Of a stretch of 64,000 nt of DNA, positions 23,594-33,900 are shown piece after piece. Under the pieces are notes generated by a model. The model saw nothing but the letters and a program-made list of their open reading frames with translations, searched no databases and had not been told where the DNA came from. Each line of letters begins with the position of its first letter. The stretch's first letter is position 1. Origin of the DNA: Abditibacterium sp. (GTDB taxonomy: Bacteria > Armatimonadota > Abditibacteriia > Abditibacteriales > Abditibacteriaceae); contig OZ251992.1 in NCBI GenBank assembly GCA_965246885.1, positions 3,136,001 through 3,200,000 of the forward strand. The letters run 5' to 3'. The position numbers were made by a program, and so were the translations under genes.

Positions 23594-24565
23594 CTATTGC
23601 TGCATCGCGTCGGTTTCGTCCGTGCCATCGTTCCAATGGAGGGCGGAGTCGGGCACGGCGAACCACGCGGCGCCGATGGGTTCGAGTTCTTCGGGGCGGG
23701 GCGCTTCGGCGGGCGACACGTGAACGGCGACTTTGATTTCGCTGCGCATCTCGCCAGAGCGCCGGATGTAAACGCCTTTGGTGGGTGGCACGTCGGCGTA
23801 ATCGCGGCCAATAGCGGTGCGGATGTGGCGCTCGCTGCACTCCAAGTCGTTGGTGGGGTCGAAGCCCAGCCAGCCCAAATGCGGGAGCAACACCTCAACC
23901 CACGCATGCGTCGCGTCGGACACGGAGCGGTCTTGCGAACCGGCGCGGTGGAACAAGTAGCCCGAAACGTAGCGCGCCGGAAGGTGGAAGTGGCGCAAGA
24001 CGGCGATCATGATGTGCGAGTAATCTTGGCACACGCCCTGCCGCCCGGCGAGCGCGACGTCGATGGGCGAGTCGGCTTGCGTGGCGCTGGGGACATAGGA
24101 GAACGCCTCGAACATGGCGTGGTTGAGCGTGCGCACCCACGTGAGCGGGTCGCTTTCGCGCTTGAGTCCCAGTTCTTCGACGAACGCGAGCAAAAGCGGG
24201 GTGGTGCGCGAGAACTTGGATTCGAGCAGGAAGTCCCAGTGGTCTTCAAAGCGGTTCAGTTCGTCGAGCGCATCCCAGTCGCGCTCTTCCAAGGCGTTGG
24301 GCAAGGGCGGGAGCGGCGCGACTTCGACGAGCGATTCGGAGATGACGGCGAGGCTCGTGTGTTCGCCGGGAACGTCGAAGTGGTGGACGATGTTATTCAT
24401 CCAATCGCGGCGCATAAACGGGCGGGCGACGGGTTCGATTTCCAAGTCGAACTGGCGCAGGCTCTGGTTGCCTTCGGAGCGCGGCTGTACCATGACTTCC
24501 ATGATGTTTTGCCGCACGGGTTCGGAAAAGCGGAAGCGGGTGGAGTGGCGGATGGAGTAGAACAT
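23594..24565 (-). CDS. Transglutaminase-family protein
   Basis: 'GVCQDYSH', 'ARYVSGYL', 'HAWVE', 'FDPTN', 'GRDYADVPP'. Confidence 0.93.
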   Translation of the reverse strand: MFYSIRHSTRFRFSEPVRQNIMEVMVQPRSEGNQSLRQFDLEIEPVARPFMRRDWMNNIVHHFDVPGEHTSLAVISESLVEVAPLPPLPNALEERDWDALDELNRFEDHWDFLLESKFSRTTPLLLAFVEELGLKRESDPLTWVRTLNHAMFEAFSYVPSATQADSPIDVALAGRQGVCQDYSHIMIAVLRHFHLPARYVSGYLFHRAGSQDRSVSDATHAWVEVLLPHLGWLGFDPTNDLECSERHIRTAIGRDYADVPPTKGVYIRRSGEMRSEIKVAVHVSPAEAPRPEELEPIGAAWFAVPDSALHWNDGTDETDAMQQ

Positions 24566-24570
24566 GGCCT

Positions 24571-25536
24571 TTAAACGCTCATCGGGGCGCCGACGTTGTA
24601 GCGGACGTAGGTGGCGAACAGCGCGGAGTGAATCTGCCCGCAACAGGCGCGGATGTCGGACAGGAACTGCGGTAGGTCGTCGTTGAGGATGTCCTCGACG
24701 CTCGCGTAGTCCACTTGCGCGCGCAGTTTGCCCGCCGCGCGCGCCAAAGCGGTGTCGCGCGTGCGCCCCGTCGAACCGGCGAGGGCGTTCAAGTCGCGCT
24801 GGATGTTGTCTATGCAAAAGCGCACCGAGCGCGGCATCTCTTCATCGAACAGCAAAAACTCCACGATGCGCCGCGCGCGAAGGTCTGCCGTGTACTGGCG
24901 GCAATACGCCTCGAAGCACGAGCACGAGCGCAAGAGTCCGACCCACTCCAGATAATTTTCGGCGGTCGCGCCTTCGCTATCATCTGCCGTCGGCACGAGC
25001 GAAGCCGCGTGCGCACGCAGAAGCAGGAGCATCGCCCCGGCGCGCTCCAAGTTCTTGCCGATGCGGATGAACAGGAACTGCTCGCCGTGCGAGAAGGTCT
25101 CGTGCGTCACGCCGGTGAACAGATGCACGCCTTCCTTAACCTGCGCGAAGAGTTCCGCCGGTTGCGCGCGCCATTCGTCCTCGACGCCCGGCGCCCGCAC
25201 GCGCAAATACAAGCGGTTGAGTTGCTCATACATTTCCGTCGAGATTTGCTCGCGGATTTGGCTGGCGTTGTCGCGCGCCGTCGAGATGCTCGACACAATC
25301 GAGCTTTGGTTCTTGAGGTCGAACGTCAAGCGCCGCGCGAGGGCGTAGGAGTCCTCCGCTTCCTCGCCCGGCGGGACACCGAGGCTACGCAACAAATACT
25401 CCTGCTGCGAGACGCCCTCGCGCGGCCCCTGATCGAGCATGGAGTTGAGATAAACCCCCACCAAGCGCGCCGTATGTTCGGCCCGTTCGAGGTGGCGGCT
25501 CATCCAGTAAAGAGAATCGGCGACGCGAGATAGCAT
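24571..25536 (-). CDS. Alpha-E domain protein
   Basis: 'MLSRVADSLYWMSRHLERAE', second 'LERA', 'PRSVRF'. Confidence 0.93.
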   Translation of the reverse strand: MLSRVADSLYWMSRHLERAEHTARLVGVYLNSMLDQGPREGVSQQEYLLRSLGVPPGEEAEDSYALARRLTFDLKNQSSIVSSISTARDNASQIREQISTEMYEQLNRLYLRVRAPGVEDEWRAQPAELFAQVKEGVHLFTGVTHETFSHGEQFLFIRIGKNLERAGAMLLLLRAHAASLVPTADDSEGATAENYLEWVGLLRSCSCFEAYCRQYTADLRARRIVEFLLFDEEMPRSVRFCIDNIQRDLNALAGSTGRTRDTALARAAGKLRAQVDYASVEDILNDDLPQFLSDIRACCGQIHSALFATYVRYNVGAPMSV

Positions 25537-25548
25537 AGTTAGAGTGGG

Positions 25549-25872
25549 TTACTCGAAAAGGTGCGGAAGAACGTTGCGCCTTTGGTGGTAGCAACGCAAC
25601 ATGACGACGAGTTCGATGTTTTCGCCCGTAGTCGCATCCGTTCTTGCGACGATCTCAAACCAAAGGGCGTAAGGAAACTTCGCCAAGTTGACGCGGCGAA
25701 CATTGCCAAAGCGAATGGCGTAAAGTCGCGGGGCGGCGCCAATAACATCGAAGGTCTCGTTGAGAACTTCGATGAACGTTCCCAGTGTCGCTTCCGACTT
25801 GGTTTTGTAGAAGTTAACGGCCTCAGCGATGCCCGCTTCCGCTTCCAGCCGCAAAACGAGTTGGCGCTTCAT
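25549..25872 (-). CDS. RelE/ParE-family toxin
   Basis: 'LEAEAGIAEAVNFY', 'RRVNLAKFPY', 'YHQRR'; ATGA overlap with upstream small gene. Confidence 0.85.
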   Translation of the reverse strand: MKRQLVLRLEAEAGIAEAVNFYKTKSEATLGTFIEVLNETFDVIGAAPRLYAIRFGNVRRVNLAKFPYALWFEIVARTDATTGENIELVVMLRCYHQRRNVLPHLFE

Positions 25873-26090
25873 GGTGTGGAAAGCAGCCGCGCCCGCACCG
25901 TAGGCCAATCGCTGCCTTCGCGCGGGTTGGCGTTGGCGGCGCGACTCGACTCTTCGAGTTCAGCGCGTTGTTCCGGCGACAAGTCGTCGTCATCCTCCGC
26001 GCGTTGCTCTAATCCCCGCGCGATCTCCCCAATCAGCGCCAACTGCTGCGTTGGAGTAAGTTGTTGAATTTGTTCTAAAAGTTCGGCCAT
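25869..26090 (-). CDS. Addiction-module antitoxin
   Basis: 73 aa acidic, 'LSPEQRAELE...GSDWPTVRARL'. Confidence 0.82.
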   Translation of the reverse strand: MAELLEQIQQLTPTQQLALIGEIARGLEQRAEDDDDLSPEQRAELEESSRAANANPREGSDWPTVRARLLSTP

Positions 26091-26099
26091 AGTTTCTCC

Positions 26100-27683
26100 T
26101 TATTCATACAACACCCAAGTGTCCTTGCTCCCACCTCCCTGCGAAGAGTTCACCACTAAGCTCCCCTTGGTAAACGCGACGCGGGTGAGGCCGCCGGGGA
26201 CGATGTTGAAGCGCTCGCCGAACAGGACGAAGGGGCGAAGATCTATACAGCGCGGCTCGACTTCGTTGTCTATAAAGCAGGGGCCGCGCGACAGGGAAAT
26301 CGTGGGTTGGGCGATGTAGTTGCGCGGGTCGGCGCGCAGCTTCTGGGCAAACTCGTCTTGCTGCGACTTCGTGGAGTGCGGGCCAATCAGCATGCCGTAG
26401 CCCCCCGCTTCGCCGACGGCTTTGACGACCAAATTGTCGAGGTTGGCCAAGACATGCTGGAGTTGCGGCGGGTCGGCGCACAAGAAAGTCTCGACGTTGG
26501 GCAGGATGGCATCTTCGCCGAGATAGTAGCGGATAATCTGCGGCACATAGGCATAGACTGCCTTGTCGTCGGCTACGCCCGTGCCAAGCGCATTAGAAAG
26601 GGCGACGTTGCCCGCACGGTAAGCGTTGAGCAATCCCGGCACCCCCAAGCTCGAATCGGGCCGGAAGGAGAGCGGATCAATGAAGTCGTCGTCCACCCTC
26701 CGGTAGATGACATCCACCCGCTCCAAGCCCGCCGTCGTGCGCATGTAGACGACGTTGTCATGCACGAGCAAGTCGCGGCCTTCGACTAACTCCACGCCCA
26801 TCTGCCGTGCCAGAAACGTATGCTCAAAGTAAGCGGAATTGTAAACACCGGGGGTCAGCACCACAATCGTGGGGTCGGGACGGTGCGACGGGGCGAGCGA
26901 GCGCAGCGTCGAAAGCAAGACCTGCGCGTAATGGTCAATGGGCCGGACGGCATAGTCTTGAAACAGCGTCGGCATGACCTGCTTCATCACGCTGCGGCTG
27001 GTCAGCATATAACTCACGCCCGACGGCACGCGCAGATTGTCTTCGAGCACCGTCCACGTGCCATCGGGCGTGCGAATTAAGTCCGTGCCGCACAGCGAAA
27101 CCCACACGTCGCGCGGCGGCTTAAGGCCGCGCAGTTCCCTCCGGTAGTGCTTGCACGTATAAATGAGTTCGCGCGGAATGGCGCGGTCGGAAATGATGCG
27201 CGCTTCGCCGTAGATGTCCTTCAAAAAAGCATTGAGCGCCCGCACGCGTTGTTCCAAGCCCTTGGAAATGGTGGCCCATTCGCCCGAAGTAATGATGCGC
27301 GGCAGCAGATCATACGGGAAAATCCGCTCCGTGCCGCCTTCCTTGCCATAGACGGTAAAGGTGATGCCCTGATTGAGGAACGAGGCGTTGGCGGCGCTTT
27401 GGAAGGAGTTCAACTCGGCGGGCGACAAGCGTTGCAAGCGCTCGAAAAGCGTTTGATAAGCGTCGCGCGGCGCCAGAGCGCGGGCGTCGAGCATCTCATC
27501 GTAAAACGCCGGGTCAAGGTCGTAGCCCGTGAACGGCTCCGGCAGGCTTTGCGTTTGATTCTGCGATTGCGATTGGCTCCCATTGCCGCTTTGCGTTTGC
27601 GATTGGGATTGCCCCACCGTCCCCGCCAAGGGCGGCAGAGGAGAAAGCGGCGGCAACGGTTCGAGCGGGGAAAAGTCGGGCAT
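26100..27683 (-). CDS. Circularly permuted type 2 ATP-grasp protein
   Basis: 'GITFTVY', '[13 protein letters not shown]', 'YRRVDDDF', '[14 protein letters not shown]'; QS-rich leader. Confidence 0.94.
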   Translation of the reverse strand: MPDFSPLEPLPPLSPLPPLAGTVGQSQSQTQSGNGSQSQSQNQTQSLPEPFTGYDLDPAFYDEMLDARALAPRDAYQTLFERLQRLSPAELNSFQSAANASFLNQGITFTVYGKEGGTERIFPYDLLPRIITSGEWATISKGLEQRVRALNAFLKDIYGEARIISDRAIPRELIYTCKHYRRELRGLKPPRDVWVSLCGTDLIRTPDGTWTVLEDNLRVPSGVSYMLTSRSVMKQVMPTLFQDYAVRPIDHYAQVLLSTLRSLAPSHRPDPTIVVLTPGVYNSAYFEHTFLARQMGVELVEGRDLLVHDNVVYMRTTAGLERVDVIYRRVDDDFIDPLSFRPDSSLGVPGLLNAYRAGNVALSNALGTGVADDKAVYAYVPQIIRYYLGEDAILPNVETFLCADPPQLQHVLANLDNLVVKAVGEAGGYGMLIGPHSTKSQQDEFAQKLRADPRNYIAQPTISLSRGPCFIDNEVEPRCIDLRPFVLFGERFNIVPGGLTRVAFTKGSLVVNSSQGGGSKDTWVLYE

Positions 27684-27918
27684 AAACGAACTGCGCGCCA
27701 GTATAAAAGCGCCCCGTTTCCGGTTTGTTTCGGCTTGGGTCAACGCCATGTTTCCAGTGCCGGGAAGAAGAGCCGCATTTGGGGATTCTCCTAAAATTCC
27801 TGCGCGGTGTGGCGTGAGGCGCCAAAATACTACCTGCTCAATTCCAAAGGGCCTCTCCTGCCCCCGCACGTAAAGAGGGAGCGGCGGGAAAGGAGCGCGC
27901 GTTGGACTTGTCTTCGTT

Positions 27919-28815
27919 ATGACCCAACTGGTTCACCTTTCGTATCTGCAGGCCATCCTACTGGGCCTCTTGCAAGGCCTCACCGAGTTCTTGCCCGTTT
28001 CCAGCACGGCGCACATGGCGGTCGCGCCACAGTTGTTGGGATGGCGCGACCCCGGCGCCGCGTTCTCGGCCATCGCCCAGTTGGGGCCAATCGTCGCCAT
28101 CATCGCCTACTTCCGCGCTGACTTAGCGCGCTACCTAAACGGCGTGCTACGCACCAAAAGCCCCTTCAACTTGCCCGCCAACGACGTGGACGCGCGCTTG
28201 GGCTGGTTCGTCATTTTGGGCACTATCCCCTTGGCGCTCTTTGGTGTCTTGTTAGAAAAAAAGATAGACACCACTTTTCGCAGCCTGAGCGTCATCGGGT
28301 GGAGCTTGATTTTGCTGGCGCTGGTTTTGTGGTGGGCCGAGCGCACCGGCAAGCGCAACCGCAGTTTGGAAAAGCTCTCCTTTCCGCAAAGCCAAGTCAT
28401 CGGCTGGGCGCAGGTGTTGGCCTTGGTGCCGGGTGCCTCGCGTTCGGGCGTGACCATCACCGCCGGTTTGTTTCAGGGTCTCGACCGCGAAAGCGCGGCG
28501 CGATTTAGCTTCTTGCTGTCCATCCCCGCCATCACGCTCGCCGGTCTCTACAAGAGCTTCAAAGTTCTGCGCCAAACGCATTTGGGCGCCGAAGCGGGGC
28601 CGTATTTCCTCGCCGCCATCGTCGCGGGCGTCTTTGCCTACGTCGTGGTGCGCTGGTTCTTGGGGTACATGAAAGAACACAACACGAGCGTCTTCATCGT
28701 TTATCGCATCGCACTCGGTCTGCTCGTGCTTTTCCTCTTGCACACGGGGAGAATCCACACGCCCGTGCGCGCCGAGGCCGGAACTGCGCCCGTTGCGATT
28801 GCGCCCGCTCCGTAA
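27919..28815 (+). CDS. uppP: Undecaprenyl-diphosphate phosphatase
   Basis: '[14 protein letters not shown]', 'PGASRSG', '[10 protein letters not shown]'. Confidence 0.96.
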   Translation: MTQLVHLSYLQAILLGLLQGLTEFLPVSSTAHMAVAPQLLGWRDPGAAFSAIAQLGPIVAIIAYFRADLARYLNGVLRTKSPFNLPANDVDARLGWFVILGTIPLALFGVLLEKKIDTTFRSLSVIGWSLILLALVLWWAERTGKRNRSLEKLSFPQSQVIGWAQVLALVPGASRSGVTITAGLFQGLDRESAARFSFLLSIPAITLAGLYKSFKVLRQTHLGAEAGPYFLAAIVAGVFAYVVVRWFLGYMKEHNTSVFIVYRIALGLLVLFLLHTGRIHTPVRAEAGTAPVAIAPAP

Positions 28816-28838
28816 AGCAACGTCCACCCCAAAAGCAC

Positions 28839-28871
28839 AAAGCGCGGCCCCATCCCAAAGGCCGCGCTTTT
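28839..28871. terminator. Intrinsic terminator between convergent genes
   Basis: aaagcgcggcc...ggccgcgctttt stem-loop. Confidence 0.7.
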
Positions 28872-28886
28872 CCATGTTCACAACGA

Positions 28887-30878
28887 TTATCGGCTCCGCA
28901 AATACTGTGCCCGCGACGCGTAATACGTGCCTCCGTTGTAGTTCACGCCATCATTGAGGCGCAACCCTAAGCGCGCGTTTTGCGGGATAACGGCTTCGGC
29001 TACGCGCGTCTTGTCGTTCTTCTGGCCATACAGGTAGCCGCCGAGCGCGCCAAGGGCGGCAGGAAGCACGCCGTTCTTGCCCAGCACCCGCCCAATGGCA
29101 AAGCCCGCAACGGCGCCGATGCCAATGACCTTGGCGCGGTTGTTGGACGAAGCGCGCCGCGTGGCGACCAAGCGGCCTCCGCGCGGTTGCACACCCTGAT
29201 CGTCCAAGGAGATTAGTTCTGCGCGAAGCGGCACGCGCTCGCCAGTCGGAAGAAGCGCGGTGCGAAAATCGAAGTCGAGTACGCCCGGTTGGTCGCCTTG
29301 GCGTGGGCGGGCCTCGATGACCTCTCCCAAAATGCGCGTTCCGGCAGGAAACTCGGAGTCGCCCATGCGCTGCGAGTCAATGGAAGCCGTTACCCCGTCG
29401 CCCACGTGCGCTGTCGCGCTGGAGATGCGCTGGTCTATGCGCACCGGAATCACCGCACCAGAGGGAACGGAAATGCGTTGCGCAAAGCCGTCGCGGTTGT
29501 CGTTGCCAAAGTAATCGTTTGTGGTGTCGGGAGTCCCGCCCAACGTGGCGTCGGGGGCATCGTTGGGAAGCGGCGCATTGTCACGGTTCCCGTTGGAAAA
29601 GCCGCCGTTGAAGGTGTCATCCGGCGCGGGCGCCCGATAATCGTCGGCAGAGATCGAGTTATCGTCGGCGGGCGCGGGCAAACGGTCGGCGACGGAGTAA
29701 CCGGGGTATTGGTCGCGCGGGGTCGCGTCTATGCGGGTATCATACCCGTAGTCGCGGGGGTTAAAGCGGGAGTCGTTGTTTCCCAAAAACGCTTGACGAA
29801 CTTGGGCATAGCCATCGGTGTCGCGGAAACGGACGGGATCGAGCAACCTCACGCCCAGCGTGGTGTTGGCCGCGAGGCGGGCGTCCTCGGCGCGGCGGTC
29901 GCGGGCGCGGCCAAACAGGTAGCCGCCTCCAGCACCCAAGATGGTTGAGAACGTCGAGTTGGTGCCGAGCACCTTACCCAGCACAAAGCCCGCGCCTGCG
30001 CCAATGCCGACCACCTTCAGCGTGTCGTTCTTACGTCCACCTCTGGCGACCAAGCGGCCACCGCGCTGCGAGACGCCCTTCTGGTCGAGCGAGGTTAACT
30101 CTCCCCGCAAGGGAACGCGGCTCCCATCCGGCAGGATCGCGGTCTGAAAGCGCAGGTCGAGCACACCCGGTTGGTTGCGCTCGGACGGGCGCGCTTCGAC
30201 GATCATTCCTTCCAACTTCGTTCCCGCTGGAAACTCAGAATCGCCCAACTGGTGCGAAACCACCGTCGCCGTGAAGCGCCCGCCCACCCGCGAACTGCTG
30301 GAGGACAGCGCCCTATCGAGTTGGACGGGCACAACCGAATCGGCGGGAACGGAAATGCGGCGGATGTTGCGGTCGCGCAGTTGGGCGTCCGACTGCGTGG
30401 GAGCGGTGTAGATGGGAGAATCGGCGACCTGCGACTGTGCGGCAAAGGACGCCGACTTCTGGATGGAAACGAGTTGCAGGGGGGCGTTGTAATCCACCGT
30501 CGCGCCCGTCGCTTCGGCCACAAAGCGCAGGGGAACAAAAGCGCGCCCTCCCACCAATCGCGCGGGCTGGTCGAGCCGCACATTGCGCCCGTTAACGAGA
30601 GCGATGCTGTTATCCACGCCCAACGCAATTTGTGTAGTCGCGCTTTGCGCGACGATGGACTGCGCGACCGGGTTCCAGTTCACGCCCAAACCGAGCGACT
30701 CAAACACATCGCGCAGGGGAAGCAACGTGCGCCCGCCCACTTGGAGCGGCGCGGCGGACAAGGCGAGCGGTTGCCCATTGAGACGCACTGCTAAAGCGCC
30801 GCTTTGGGCGAACGAAGGGGCGGCGACGGTGGCGAGGAGCGCCCCGGCCAGCAAGCGAGAGGAAACTTGGGTTTTCAT
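28887..30878 (-). CDS. Secreted protein with copper-amine-oxidase N-terminal (stalk) domain and duplicated beta-domain/glycine-zipper modules
   Basis: Signal peptide; 'GRTLLPLR...FVPLRFVAE'; 'ISVP...GDSEFPAGT...PGVLD' and 'IGIGA.AGF..G..LG' each occur twice. Confidence 0.8.
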   Translation of the reverse strand: MKTQVSSRLLAGALLATVAAPSFAQSGALAVRLNGQPLALSAAPLQVGGRTLLPLRDVFESLGLGVNWNPVAQSIVAQSATTQIALGVDNSIALVNGRNVRLDQPARLVGGRAFVPLRFVAEATGATVDYNAPLQLVSIQKSASFAAQSQVADSPIYTAPTQSDAQLRDRNIRRISVPADSVVPVQLDRALSSSSSRVGGRFTATVVSHQLGDSEFPAGTKLEGMIVEARPSERNQPGVLDLRFQTAILPDGSRVPLRGELTSLDQKGVSQRGGRLVARGGRKNDTLKVVGIGAGAGFVLGKVLGTNSTFSTILGAGGGYLFGRARDRRAEDARLAANTTLGVRLLDPVRFRDTDGYAQVRQAFLGNNDSRFNPRDYGYDTRIDATPRDQYPGYSVADRLPAPADDNSISADDYRAPAPDDTFNGGFSNGNRDNAPLPNDAPDATLGGTPDTTNDYFGNDNRDGFAQRISVPSGAVIPVRIDQRISSATAHVGDGVTASIDSQRMGDSEFPAGTRILGEVIEARPRQGDQPGVLDFDFRTALLPTGERVPLRAELISLDDQGVQPRGGRLVATRRASSNNRAKVIGIGAVAGFAIGRVLGKNGVLPAALGALGGYLYGQKNDKTRVAEAVIPQNARLGLRLNDGVNYNGGTYYASRAQYLRSR

Positions 30879-31016
30879 GGTGTTGGTTCTATCTTGTGCG
30901 CGCTAAAGCGGGCAAGTCGAAGGTAACGCCGCAGACGCCATGCCACCCCCCTCGGTTCAATCGCGCAGGTGTAAAAAAGCGGACGGGGACGTGAAGAACT
31001 CTCACGCTTCCACCCC

Positions 31017-31847
31017 TCATATAATTTCCCCTACCGGGTCGTAGCCCGCGCGCACAAACTCGCGCGTCGTGGTGCGCGAGGGGCGCGTGGCGAAGTCGCG
31101 GTATTCCCGCGCGGCATGGAGGAACAAGCACCCCAACAGCGGGAGCTTGGCTTGCATCGCTTCCACCACTTCGGTTTGCGTGAGCGGTTGCTCCAAAATG
31201 CCCGCCGCGAAGTTGGTTACGATGGAAACCCCGGCATACGAAATCTCCGCTTCGCGCGCGAGGGTCGCTTCCGTCGTGCCCGTCATGCCGACCACGTCGG
31301 CGCCCAAAGTGCGCAGCATCCGTATCTCTGCCGCCGTTTCAAAGCGCGGGCCGTCCATCCCCGCGTACACGCCGCCATCTTCGAGCGCGATGCCCTGCGC
31401 CCGCGCCGCTTCGAGGAGCATGTGCCGCATTTCGGCGCAGTATGGATGGGTCGCGTCTATGTGAACCGCGCGCTCGTCGAAGAAGGTGCGCGGGCGGTTG
31501 GTCGTCAAATCCAGAAAATCGCTCAGACAAACGAGCGTTCCCGGCGCCCACTGCGGACGGACGGAGCCAACGGCGCTGGACGCAAAAATGCCCGTCGCGC
31601 CGAGGGTTTTGAGCGCCGCCATTTGAGCGCGATAATTGATGCGGTGCGGCGGCACGTCGGTTTGCGTCGGGTCGTCGGGGCGCGCGTGACGGTGCAAAAA
31701 GACGATGTCGCGTCCGTCTAAGCGCGCGCGGGTGACATGCGCCTTCCCAAAACGGGTTTCGACTACCTCCTCACGCGCCTGCGAAAACGGCGACCCCGCT
31801 CCGCGCAGGTCAAAGCCCGTCCCACCCACCATTGCCAAAAGTGACAT
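31017..31847 (-). CDS. MTAP-family purine nucleoside phosphorylase
   Basis: 'GGTG', 'PPHRINYRA', 'GPRFETAAE', 'DVVGMT'. Confidence 0.93.
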   Translation of the reverse strand: MSLLAMVGGTGFDLRGAGSPFSQAREEVVETRFGKAHVTRARLDGRDIVFLHRHARPDDPTQTDVPPHRINYRAQMAALKTLGATGIFASSAVGSVRPQWAPGTLVCLSDFLDLTTNRPRTFFDERAVHIDATHPYCAEMRHMLLEAARAQGIALEDGGVYAGMDGPRFETAAEIRMLRTLGADVVGMTGTTEATLAREAEISYAGVSIVTNFAAGILEQPLTQTEVVEAMQAKLPLLGCLFLHAAREYRDFATRPSRTTTREFVRAGYDPVGEII

Positions 31848-32066
31848 CCCTCCCAGTTTGGGCGCTCCGCCCCGTCAAGCGCTTCGGGGCGCGCGTACAA
31901 AGGTGCACAAGAACGCGGAAAATTCGCGCGCGTGGGGAACGGCACTTTCGGGTCGTGCGTCGCTTAAGCGGTCAAGAACTGAAAAGGGGTGCTTATCACT
32001 CCCATTCGCCGGGGCGTCTCCTTCCAGTCGTCGCGGCGGTCGCTTCTCTCATAAAGCAGGAACATT

Positions 32067-32351
32067 ATGAACCCGACAAGTCACCGCGCGCTGATTGATT
32101 TGATGTCGTTTGGAACCGAGGAGTTCTCCTCCTCCGACGCCGCCCGTTTGATGCAACTCGTGGCGCAGTGTCCCGAATGTAAAGGCGAGTGGACTTTGGT
32201 CGAAAAGACCATCACCACCCTTTCTACAACGGGCGAACTGACCGTTGCCGAATCGAAAAGCCACGAGATGTGGCTGGTCTGCCTCGGCCACGCCCAAACC
32301 CACCATCATCACGAAGGCAACGGCGGACACCGTCACAAGCATGGCGCCTAA
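32067..32351 (+). CDS. Small CxxC/His-rich protein, anti-sigma zinc-finger-like
   Basis: RBS-like agga before ATG; 'LVAQCPEC'; tail 'HAQTHHHHEGNGGHRHKH'. Confidence 0.55.
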   Translation: MNPTSHRALIDLMSFGTEEFSSSDAARLMQLVAQCPECKGEWTLVEKTITTLSTTGELTVAESKSHEMWLVCLGHAQTHHHHEGNGGHRHKHGA

Positions 32352-32424
32352 CTTTTGGCCCGCGCCCAGTCTTCTGCGAATCGCCGACGCGGTTCGCTTT
32401 TCGCTTTTTCCCGCCACGCGGTGG

Positions 32425-32571
32425 CAGAGGGCAGCGACGCGCCGACAGACGTCTGTCAGTGATTCCCAGACGTGCGCCAGCGAATGGCGCACGTCTGTCG
32501 CTGATTCCCGCACGTCCGCCAGCGAGCTACAGACGTCTGTCACTCGTCGGCGGGCGTCTGTCGGCGCGTCG
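32425..32571 (+). repeat. 21-bp unit array, locus C
   Basis: Seven degenerate units in register, e.g. cagacgtctgtcagtgattcc (32446), cgcacgtctgtcgctgattcc (32488). Confidence 0.85.
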
Positions 32572-32625
32572 CCGACGGCAATGAACTGACGAGAGACGCC
32601 CCGCGCCCCACAACCCGAAGCGGCA

Positions 32626-33774
32626 ATGAGCGTCCCAAGGTATGTGATGATGTTGCGTCGTTCTTTTCTGCTACTCGCGCTGGGCGGCTTCCTGTCCATT
32701 GCCCGCGCCGACCGTTTAGACCCCGATCACCCGCCCGTCGGGGTGTTGCCCTCCGAAACCAAGATGGGAGACGCCGCCGTCAAAGATTTCGAGAAAGACA
32801 AAACGACCCACTTGCTCGACCTTTCGCTTCCGGCCAACCGCGCGTTGCAGGGCAAGTTGGAAGGGATGGTGCGCGCTATCGGCAAAGCCACGACGCGCCC
32901 CGGCATCGCGTATACGGTAAAAATCGTGGATAACACCGACATCAACGCTTTTACGCTTCCGGGCGGGCACGTCTATGTCTTCAAGGGACTATTGGATTTC
33001 GTCGCGTCGGACGACGAGTTGGCGGGCGTGCTGGCGCACGAATTGGGACACAACGCAAGGCTTCACGCCCTGCGCGGTGAGAAGCAGGCGAAGAAATTGA
33101 GTTGGGTGAATCTGGCGGCGATGGCGGCGATGATCGCGGGCGGGCAAAACGGCGCCAACGTCGGCGCGTTCTCGCAGTTCGCGTTGCTGGGTGCCATGAA
33201 CGGTTACGGCGTCGGTCTGGAAAAGGAAGCGGACGCGAGTGCCGTAGAAACGATGCGCCGCGCCGGGTATAACCCGTCCGCTCTGGTGACGTTCATGCGC
33301 CGCTTGCAAGTCGAGGAGAACCACCACCCGGATGTAAAACTGGGCATTTTTGCCACGCACCCGCCCTCCGATGAGCGCGCCGACGCGGTGCTGACGCAGA
33401 TGGGACGCGACGGTTTGCCGTTCACGCCGCGCGAGGTATCGGGCGGCGCGCAGTTCGTGCTCGTCGAGAAACCCGACCGGGTAACGGTGGCGATGAACGG
33501 CCTGACGCTCCTCGAATTTGCTCCAACTGCTGGGGGTCGTGCGCGGGCGGGGCAGGCCGCGACGCGCCTCAACGCGCTTTGGAAGAACGACCTCAAGGCC
33601 TATGAACTCGCCGTTTCCCCCGATGGCATGCTCTCGGCGCGCGGAGAAACGGTGGCCACCCCTGCGGCGGAAGACGCGCAAAGAGCGGGGCTATCGCCCT
33701 TGGCAACCGCGCAGGGGTGGAAGAGCAACTTTGAGCGCTTGTTTTGGCGCTTGCAGTTGAATGGGAAGGTTTAA
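32626..33774 (+). CDS. M48 family metalloprotease
   Basis: 'INAFTLPGG', 'AHELGH', 'EKEAD', 'ATHPP'. Confidence 0.9.
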   Translation: MSVPRYVMMLRRSFLLLALGGFLSIARADRLDPDHPPVGVLPSETKMGDAAVKDFEKDKTTHLLDLSLPANRALQGKLEGMVRAIGKATTRPGIAYTVKIVDNTDINAFTLPGGHVYVFKGLLDFVASDDELAGVLAHELGHNARLHALRGEKQAKKLSWVNLAAMAAMIAGGQNGANVGAFSQFALLGAMNGYGVGLEKEADASAVETMRRAGYNPSALVTFMRRLQVEENHHPDVKLGIFATHPPSDERADAVLTQMGRDGLPFTPREVSGGAQFVLVEKPDRVTVAMNGLTLLEFAPTAGGRARAGQAATRLNALWKNDLKAYELAVSPDGMLSARGETVATPAAEDAQRAGLSPLATAQGWKSNFERLFWRLQLNGKV

Positions 33775-33892
33775 CGTATCGAGCGACTGAAGTCGCAGCC
33801 AGCAGAAGCGTCGGCCTTCGTTGGCGCACACCCCGTCGGCGAAGGCCGACGCTTCTGCTGGCTGCGACTTCAGTCGCTCGATACGTTAAACC
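33768..33892. repeat. REPIN-like nested-palindrome hairpin, copy 2
   Basis: 53-bp perfect arms 33768-33820 and 33840-33892; includes the M48 stop codon. Confidence 0.95.
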
Positions 33893-33900
33893 CACTCCCC

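Noticed and set aside
32049..32699. 216-aa minus-strand ORF with heptad repeats (also 10386-10913, 17531-17971, 61769-62176)
   Set aside because: Open frames arise from the stop-free 21-bp repeats and overlap better-supported genes.
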